Positions 16,341-22,402 of a stretch of DNA of 22,402 nucleotides are shown one piece after another. How positions within the stretch are numbered: position 1 is the first letter of the stretch; each line of letters starts with the position of its first letter. The notes below the pieces were generated by a model, which worked only from the letters and a program-made list of their open reading frames with translations, ran no database searches and had not been told where the DNA came from. This DNA comes from Vulcanisaeta sp. AZ3. Lineage in GTDB: Archaea > Thermoproteota > Thermoprotei > Thermoproteales > Thermocladiaceae. The stretch covers positions 1-22,402 of the forward strand of contig JZWU02000026.1 of the NCBI GenBank assembly GCA_000960865.2. Reading direction: 5' to 3'. The position numbers were made by a program, and so were the translations under genes.

Positions 16341-16705
16341 GGGCTTCCAGAGTATGTCCTTAGGACCCTCATTATTAACTCTTTTATTTTCGATTCATCC
16401 GCGCTAGTGTTTAGGAATATTCTTATGGAGATTAATTCCCTCCGTGAGCCATCATCGTAACCCACGAACTCCCAAATTGAGTCATTGATTACCTCCCTCC
16501 TATATATCAATTGTATATCTCCAACTCTCAACGTATTATCTATAGGCATATTCCAAGGAGTTGCAACATCTACACTTAACATCTTTGTACCGCCATCAAT
16601 GTTTATGAGCCTTGCTAGAGATACATCATTACATAAGTATTCCTTAATTCCATCCCAATTCTTACTAATTAACTCGTTACATTCCATTAACATGGTGTAT
16701 GCCAC
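16337..16705 (-). CDS. hypothetical protein
   Basis: 122-aa ORF translationally coupled to the next gene; divergent from the RHH gene across a 54-bp AT-rich spacer. Confidence 0.65.
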   Translation of the reverse strand: MAYTMLMECNELISKNWDGIKEYLCNDVSLARLINIDGGTKMLSVDVATPWNMPIDNTLRVGDIQLIYRREVINDSIWEFVGYDDGSRRELISIRIFLNTSADESKIKELIMRVLRTYSGSP

Positions 16706-16759
16706 ATTCCCTTATAATGTTTAGTTTATTACTGGAAAGGTTTAAATATAAGGTATTCA

Positions 16760-17224
16760 ATGAAATACATGATTAACATGTCTAACAGCAGTGAGGAGAG
16801 CAGTGAAAGAAAGACTGTAACTATTAGAGGGTTGAATACAGACATTTATGACAGGATAAGCAGGTTAGCTAGAGAGACGGGGATGACTATTGGAGAAATA
16901 GTAAATGATGCACTTAAGAGGTATACAGCGGCTCTTGAGAGTGTCTCGAGGACTATAGATAACATGATTAGGGCAGGTGATGTTATTGTAATTAGTGGAA
17001 TATCTTCACTAACTGTTGCTAAGACAGATTTGGAGTCCCTTGAGAAGCCTGTGGTATTTAAGGATATGGATGAATTAGTATTCGCTGACGATGTGACTAA
17101 TGACTTGATAAAGAATAAGGTTGCTAAGATAGTCAATGTAAATACGGTCTACGTACCCAATACCGTATCCACATTACTCATAGCCTCCAAGAGCGAGTTC
17201 GTTAAGAGGATAGTGCCCAGATAA
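16760..17224 (+). CDS. ribbon-helix-helix domain protein with an additional C-terminal domain
   Basis: KTVTIRGLNTDIYDRISRLARETGMTIGEIVNDALKRY is a typical RHH pattern; TTTAAATA TATA at 16741; true start may be 16778. Confidence 0.75.
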   Translation: MKYMINMSNSSEESSERKTVTIRGLNTDIYDRISRLARETGMTIGEIVNDALKRYTAALESVSRTIDNMIRAGDVIVISGISSLTVAKTDLESLEKPVVFKDMDELVFADDVTNDLIKNKVAKIVNVNTVYVPNTVSTLLIASKSEFVKRIVPR

Positions 17225-17263
17225 ATTATTAACCTTAAAAATAGTATATGCTTTCAAATTCAT

Positions 17264-18184
17264 GTGAAGGTTCTTATTGTTGGTATTGGTTCAATGGGAA
17301 TGAACCACTTAAGGGTCTTAGTTCAATTAAAGAGGGAGGGTTTTATTGATAATGTGTATGCTGTAGATGTAGATCAGCAAAGGCTTAAGTTAGCTAAGGA
17401 TCTCGGTGCTGATTTAACATTCACAGATGTGACCGAGGCATTGAAGTACAAGCCTGACTTAGGCATTATCGCCATACCTACTAAACTACATTATGGGGTT
17501 GCTAGAGAGCTCATTAAGTACATGGACCTCTTAATTGAGAAACCGATAACAGACAACCTAAGTGATGCTCTTGAGCTCTATAGGGTTTCTAGGGATCTTG
17601 GTAGAAGGGTTTTGGTCGGACATATAGAGCGTTTTAACCCGGCTTATAGAGCATTGATTAGTGAAATCGGTAATAAGAAGCCGACGTATATAGAGACAAT
17701 TAGGGTGGGTTTATTGAGGGGTAATCCCACAACCTATGGTAATGTACTCTTAGATCTCGGTATACATGATGTAGATTTGGTGATGAATATGATTGATGAA
17801 GATAGGGTAGAGATCATAGGCAAGATCCTCGAGGGAGATCCAGTAAGAGTTGCGTGGGTTCTGATGAGGCTTGGTGATATTACTTACGTAATGCATGTTT
17901 CGTGGAATAGTAATGTGAGGGTTAGGAGGATTACGGTACTATCTACAGATAAGTACTATGACGTTGACTTGTTCAATAAGGTTTTGTTCCGTGATGGTGT
18001 AAAGCACGTGATTGGAGGTGTTGATCAATTAAGACAAGAGTTAATTCATGCAATAAATGTGGTGAGGGGTATAGAGAAGCCCATGATAGACATTATTGAT
18101 GGTATTAAGGCTTTAGCCATAATAGAGGGAGTATTGAGAAATCAACAGAGTATAGACGTAAATAATGTATTAAGGTTAGACTGA
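17264..18184 (+). CDS. Gfo/Idh/MocA-family NAD(P)-dependent oxidoreductase
   Basis: GIGSMGMNH Rossmann motif, PT.LH, LIEKPI, VGHIERFNPA and DLGIHDVD. Confidence 0.93.
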   Translation: MKVLIVGIGSMGMNHLRVLVQLKREGFIDNVYAVDVDQQRLKLAKDLGADLTFTDVTEALKYKPDLGIIAIPTKLHYGVARELIKYMDLLIEKPITDNLSDALELYRVSRDLGRRVLVGHIERFNPAYRALISEIGNKKPTYIETIRVGLLRGNPTTYGNVLLDLGIHDVDLVMNMIDEDRVEIIGKILEGDPVRVAWVLMRLGDITYVMHVSWNSNVRVRRITVLSTDKYYDVDLFNKVLFRDGVKHVIGGVDQLRQELIHAINVVRGIEKPMIDIIDGIKALAIIEGVLRNQQSIDVNNVLRLD

Positions 18185-18514
18185 AAATATTGATCTAACT
18201 CTAACAATATTCCTAAGAGCCAACTTCTCAGCCCAATTAGGTAATTTTAACGTGGTAATTGCATCATTAACTAGATTCTCAGCGTCATCACAATCATCAG
18301 AGCCTTGGTCGTGGCAAATCTTGATTAAGTATTTACTCCTAGCCTCGAATAAGTCTCTATCCATGGGTATACGCTTACACTCATGGTCGTAGGTCCAACC
18401 TCTCTTAAGATCACGTAGATGTAGAAATAGGTGAGCACAAATTCTACCTAAGTCCATAGGCCCAGGCGCAACATACATATTCTCCTTAACAGCATAGCAA
18501 CTAGTCCTACCCAT
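18176..18514 (-). CDS. hypothetical Cys/His-containing protein
   Basis: ORF with YVAPGPMD and HL.LHLRDLKRGWTYDHEC; start uncertain (18514, 18529 or 18583). Confidence 0.6.
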   Translation of the reverse strand: MGRTSCYAVKENMYVAPGPMDLGRICAHLFLHLRDLKRGWTYDHECKRIPMDRDLFEARSKYLIKICHDQGSDDCDDAENLVNDAITTLKLPNWAEKLALRNIVRVRSIFSV

Positions 18515-18629
18515 GTATATATTTGTCATCACCACGAAGTGACGGAAATAATTAAAAGGCATTGTAGTTAAAATAGCGGACATTTAAGAAGTTCATCAAG
18601 GTAATTCTTGTTCATATAATGGTAAGATT

Positions 18630-18740
18630 TGGTGGGCCCGCCGGGATTTGAACCCGGGATCTCCCGCGTTCTCAATTCATGTTCGTGAGGCCTTTGCGGG
18701 GCTTTTGCCCCTGGGCATCCTACCGCTAGACTACGGGCCC
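18630..18740 (-). tRNA. tRNA-Val(CAC) with two introns: 29/30 (18692-18712, 21 nt) and 37/38 (18669-18683, 15 nt)
   Basis: Acceptor GGGCCCG/CGGGCCC, A73 and encoded CCA; T arm CCGGG-TTCAAAT-CCCGG; removing both introns gives the stem CCCGC/GCGGG with loop CUCACGC; both junctions form BHB-like motifs. Confidence 0.9.
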
Positions 18741-18762
18741 AGGATCCTTTGACTTTCATTGC

Positions 18763-18775
18763 TTTTATGCTTTTC
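18763..18775 (-). promoter_or_regulatory. BRE/TATA promoter of tRNA-Val
   Basis: GAAAAGCATAAAA on the minus strand, about 23 nt upstream of the tRNA. Confidence 0.7.
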
Positions 18776-18945
18776 TTTCATGAGATCATGCATCCCAAGG
18801 CGAATAGTTATTAGCAAGTCTCATTGACTGTTTGCCTTAGGTAATATGTACTACGCAGTTATTGAATTAGAGGTTCTTAAGTTAGTTAGTAAGTTAAAAA
18901 GATACTTTGATTTAAGACTGTTATAAGTAATGATTACATTAACTA

Positions 18946-19401
18946 CTAGTGGTAACTCTTTCTTTCTTCCTCTCTTATCTTCACTATGCTTATGTAAAGT
19001 ACTATTGCGGCAGGTATGTAGTAAAGCGGTAAACCTCCGTGCACCGGCATTGTAGGGTATGTGAATATGTGCAAGCTCCTTATATAACCCCAGGAGTGAG
19101 GTATATGGCCTATGAAGAGCCAGAACGCAGCGTCCTCACTCCAAATAGCTAGGTCTGCCGCAAATAACCATTGCCAAAAGTCACCAAGTATCACCCAAGG
19201 TATGGCAAGTATAACTGCAACACCAATCCTATACATCCACATTCCTATCCATGGATGATAATGAATCAAAGCTAAATACCACGAGTTTGCTGTAGCATCA
19301 TGAATGGCATGGACTAACTGTGATAATATTATAGACTCTATCATTGCATATCCAATGCCAGTTAAGAGCGGAGGTACTATGAGCTTCATCCAATCAACCA
19401 T
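18946..19401 (-). CDS. Trp/His-rich membrane protein, unknown function
   Basis: About four hydrophobic segments; contains W.ED..FW; downstream of and co-oriented with the dehydrogenase. Confidence 0.7.
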   Translation of the reverse strand: MVDWMKLIVPPLLTGIGYAMIESIILSQLVHAIHDATANSWYLALIHYHPWIGMWMYRIGVAVILAIPWVILGDFWQWLFAADLAIWSEDAAFWLFIGHIPHSWGYIRSLHIFTYPTMPVHGGLPLYYIPAAIVLYISIVKIREEERKSYH

Positions 19402-19439
19402 TTAATTAGGGTTAAAGGGAATACTTCTTATTAACCTTA

Positions 19440-20561
19440 CTATACAGCAATGGTGGTACTCGTACGTAGGAATTTCACACCCTCTTTCCTAAGTCCAGCC
19501 AACAATTCGTTCAATACACTTCTGTTCTTCATGTATGCCTCCTCAATTGGTAACAATCCCTCACCTTTAATTAAGCCCCTGGCTATGAGATCCGCCACTA
19601 CAGCCGCAGTAAAGCCCGTGAGTCTAGCCATTGATGTAAAACCACCCTGGGCATAATCAACACCCTCAAACCGAATCGCTGCAAGTTCACCATTAACTCT
19701 ACCCCTAGCCTCAACAACTGTTATTGAAAAGTCATTACTGCCTGGCCTTAAAATCCTCGATAATATCTGTCCGGCCTCCCCAACACTATTTAGTAGACCT
19801 AAATCTCTGAGAATTTTCATAACCTCAAGGTGCTTTTTCCACCTAATAGTCCTCTCATATGAACTACGAAGCTCCTTGAAATACTTAGGTAATGTAATCA
19901 ATAGTGTGCTTAAGCCATCCGTGTAAAACTCTGCGAACTCTCCATTAACCAATTGTGTTGCGAAGTCGAAGACTTCATTAAGCGGATCTACAGTAACAAC
20001 CTTACCATCCCTAATAATGGTAGCCGGTCTCACATACTCATCGAGGGTACTCTCTAATGAAAAGAGCAATTCATAGTATAGGGGTGGCCTTGGATTCATA
20101 GGATTACCACCAACATGAATACCAACCTCCTCAACAATCTCTAACTCACTTGCAGCTGCCATGGCTAAAACATTAGTGAGACCTGGTGCCCAACCACATG
20201 CAGGTATTACGAGAGCTCCATCGCTTAATCCACGGGCCAATTCCTCATTGTATTTCCATATGAATATTAAGTCGATTATGGGCTTACCAAAACTGTGGAT
20301 CTTCATAACAACATGATTAGCTAATGACTGCGGGATTGCGCTAATAATAATGTCATTATCTCTGGCAATGGTTCTTAAGTCATTATCATCTCTAACATTA
20401 ACCCTAAATACATTAACACCTAGAGTCTTCACATGGTTTAAGGCTTCTTCAGATACGTCGTAACCATTAACAACATGCCCGGTGTGGTGAGTTAAGTAGT
20501 AGGTCACGGCACGACCCATGGGACCAAGACCAACAACGCCGATAGACACCATATTGCTCAT
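19440..20561 (-). CDS. saccharopine dehydrogenase / lysine 6-dehydrogenase family protein
   Basis: GLGPMG Rossmann motif, CGWAPGLTN, VGG.P..P.PPL.Y...FS.E..LDEY.RPA, FYTDGL.TL, ERTIRW..H and SMARLTGF. Confidence 0.9.
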   Translation of the reverse strand: MSNMVSIGVVGLGPMGRAVTYYLTHHTGHVVNGYDVSEEALNHVKTLGVNVFRVNVRDDNDLRTIARDNDIIISAIPQSLANHVVMKIHSFGKPIIDLIFIWKYNEELARGLSDGALVIPACGWAPGLTNVLAMAAASELEIVEEVGIHVGGNPMNPRPPLYYELLFSLESTLDEYVRPATIIRDGKVVTVDPLNEVFDFATQLVNGEFAEFYTDGLSTLLITLPKYFKELRSSYERTIRWKKHLEVMKILRDLGLLNSVGEAGQILSRILRPGSNDFSITVVEARGRVNGELAAIRFEGVDYAQGGFTSMARLTGFTAAVVADLIARGLIKGEGLLPIEEAYMKNRSVLNELLAGLRKEGVKFLRTSTTIAV

Positions 20562-20777
20562 CGCTTATTAAGGCGGGGTCCCCTTAATTAGTTTTGGGTC
20601 ATTAACTCAATAGTTAAGTGATGGTATCTAGACGGAGGTGACTTATGTTATGTTTGTATTGTTCAAGTTTAACGGTAACCCGTGATTCTAAGCGTTAGAT
20701 TAATGAATGAAGCAGAGATTTTCCCAGAAGGGATAATTCCAGAGATGAACAGAATTAGTCTATTGTGCAGCCTTGAA

Positions 20778-22400
20778 TTAATCCTCCTCGTGCTCAGCTT
20801 GGTAGAAGTAATACTCATTGAGTTCCTTTTGTAATCTGTCTAAATAGGAGTTCTTCTTATTAATCTTAGGCCTACCGACCTGAGGTTCTCTCCTAAACGT
20901 CACATCCTGGTTCCTCAGGAAGATATTCATCCCAGTCCTCAGATCTGTAGGTGGTTCCGCAATGCCGTGTTGTCCTGGTTCTCCTAGGAAAACCATAACC
21001 GATGTGCTTAGGTAATCCACCATGGTTATGTCATGCTCAATAATCAGGGCTACCACATCTCTCTCCTCGACTATCCTCCTAATCATAGAGACAACCCTAA
21101 CTCTCTGTTCAATATCTAAGTAAGCCATGGGTTCGTCAAGCAAATAAATCTCCGCATCCCTAAGCAGGGAACCAGCCACAACAACTCTCTGAAGCTCACC
21201 GCCGCTCAGGCTTGATAATTCCCTATCCAATATAGGTGTTAATAATAGGCCATTGGCTAGATCGGGCCATATGGCCTTAGACATGTAACCATTACCTGCC
21301 ACCATAACTAAGTACTCTCTCACGGACTTATCGCCATATTTAATAGCCAAGTCTCTAACGTATTGTGGCTTATAGCTTATCCTAACCTCACCATGAGGTA
21401 TGACCATACCTGAATCAGGCTCTAGCTCATTAACTATTAACCTAGCAAAGGTTGTCTTACCAATACCATTAGGACCAAGAATACCAATCACCTCATCTCT
21501 ATGAATAAGGCCTGCCTTAACCTCAAGCTTAAAATCACTAAGCTTCTTACTCAAATCCGTCCACTCAAGAAGAACCTTCTCCTTCTGGATAAGTCTTGGT
21601 ATAGGCTTAACTCTAAACCTAATTGGTTCTCTCCTAATTAGCATATTTTCACTAGTTAAGTAGCCATTTAAGTATTCATTAATGCCCTCCCTTGCACCTC
21701 TCATATGAGATACAATACCGTAGGCACCTGGCTTACCATAAAGTATAACAACTTGGTCAGCCAAGTAATCAAGTACTGCAAGGTCATGCTCAATCACAAT
21801 TACATACCTATTACTGCGAAGCAAGTCCCTAATTGCCTCAGCAACCCTTAATCTTTCCACAATGTCTAAGTGTGTGGTGGGCTCATCAAATATGTACGTA
21901 TCCCCATTCCTAAGTAATGCAGCGGCTATAGCAAGTCTTTGTAATTCACCACCACTTAATTTATCAACATCTCTATCAAGTAGATGCGTAAGATTCAACT
22001 TCTCGGCAACGTCCTTAATAGTCTCCTCATTACCCCCTATTTTCATGAGCACATCCCTAACCTTGCCCTTTATATATGTGGGTATTAATTCAATGTATTG
22101 GGGCTTATGAATAACCCTTAACTCATTGCTATAGAGCTTCGTTAAGTACGGCTGTAACTCAGTACCCCTAAAGAACCTAGTAATATCCTCAGGTGTTGAT
22201 TGAGAATTAGTGCATAGATTTGGTTTTAATTCGCCAGCCATTATCCTTGCTATTGTGGTTTTACCCATGGCATTCTGTCCAATGATGCCGAGAACTTTAC
22301 CCGGCTTAGGCATTGGTAACCTAAATAATTTAAAACCACTTGGTCCATACTGATGAACGCATTCCTCGCCTAGCTCACTGGGTAAGTTAACAATTGTTAT
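20778..22400 (-). CDS. rli1: ABCE1/Rli1 ribosome-recycling ATPase (5' end lies beyond the window)
   Basis: Frame is open to the window edge (ITIVNLPSEL...HQYGPSGFKLFRLP); two ABC domains with LSGGELQR; YG.PGAYG; FRREP..GRPKINK..S.LD..QK...YY. Confidence 0.96.
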   Translation of the reverse strand: MTIVNLPSELGEECVHQYGPSGFKLFRLPMPKPGKVLGIIGQNAMGKTTIARIMAGELKPNLCTNSQSTPEDITRFFRGTELQPYLTKLYSNELRVIHKPQYIELIPTYIKGKVRDVLMKIGGNEETIKDVAEKLNLTHLLDRDVDKLSGGELQRLAIAAALLRNGDTYIFDEPTTHLDIVERLRVAEAIRDLLRSNRYVIVIEHDLAVLDYLADQVVILYGKPGAYGIVSHMRGAREGINEYLNGYLTSENMLIRREPIRFRVKPIPRLIQKEKVLLEWTDLSKKLSDFKLEVKAGLIHRDEVIGILGPNGIGKTTFARLIVNELEPDSGMVIPHGEVRISYKPQYVRDLAIKYGDKSVREYLVMVAGNGYMSKAIWPDLANGLLLTPILDRELSSLSGGELQRVVVAGSLLRDAEIYLLDEPMAYLDIEQRVRVVSMIRRIVEERDVVALIIEHDITMVDYLSTSVMVFLGEPGQHGIAEPPTDLRTGMNIFLRNQDVTFRREPQVGRPKINKKNSYLDRLQKELNEYYFYQAEHEED

Positions 22401-22402
22401 GG

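Noticed and set aside
9564-18629. Possible integrated island between tRNA-Gln and tRNA-Val
   Set aside because: I found no integrase and no duplicated tRNA 3' end (att site), and the content is mostly ordinary metabolic genes.
18568-18759. 63-aa minus-strand ORF
   Set aside because: It overlaps tRNA-Val entirely and is simply a translation of the tRNA.
20703-20776. ATGAATGA...CAGA-GATGA... as a C/D sRNA
   Set aside because: The D'/C' pair is suggestive, but guide spacing is irregular and no CTGA box D lies at the expected distance.
1-22402. CRISPR array, split-tRNA halves, recoding or frameshifted genes
   Set aside because: No regularly spaced direct repeats were seen, all three tRNAs are complete in cis, and the recognised genes appear full-length without internal stops (ABCE1 is only cut by the window edge).

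Overview
This is an archaeal chromosomal window, most likely Thermoproteales (Vulcanisaeta/Caldivirga-like). That assignment is an inference from the BHB-type tRNA introns including a non-canonical one, Elf1, C/D-box sRNAs and the AGG/ATA-rich codon style. Most of it is housekeeping: thiL, DUF92, Elf1, GGGP synthase, Sec61beta (missed by the ORF track), ZPR1, HIT, MoeA, an MFS transporter, iorAB, a large surface glycoprotein, a Gfo/Idh/MocA oxidoreductase, a saccharopine/lysine dehydrogenase and the 3' part of ABCE1/Rli1. The most interesting content is non-coding. There are three intron-containing tRNAs (Tyr-GUA, Gln-CUG, and Val-CAC with two introns). The Gln intron looks like a mosaic copy of its own host tRNA carrying a UUG anticodon-like motif. 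There are two C/D-box guide sRNAs, one with both guides matching neighbouring 23S rRNA helices 69/71 and one without a target I can assign. A ~210-bp element resembles a protein-free IS200/IS605 (TnpB-type) remnant with a structured omega-RNA-like right end. I saw no CRISPR array, integrase or intact transposase. All identifications were made by eye or from recalled family motifs; no searches were run.
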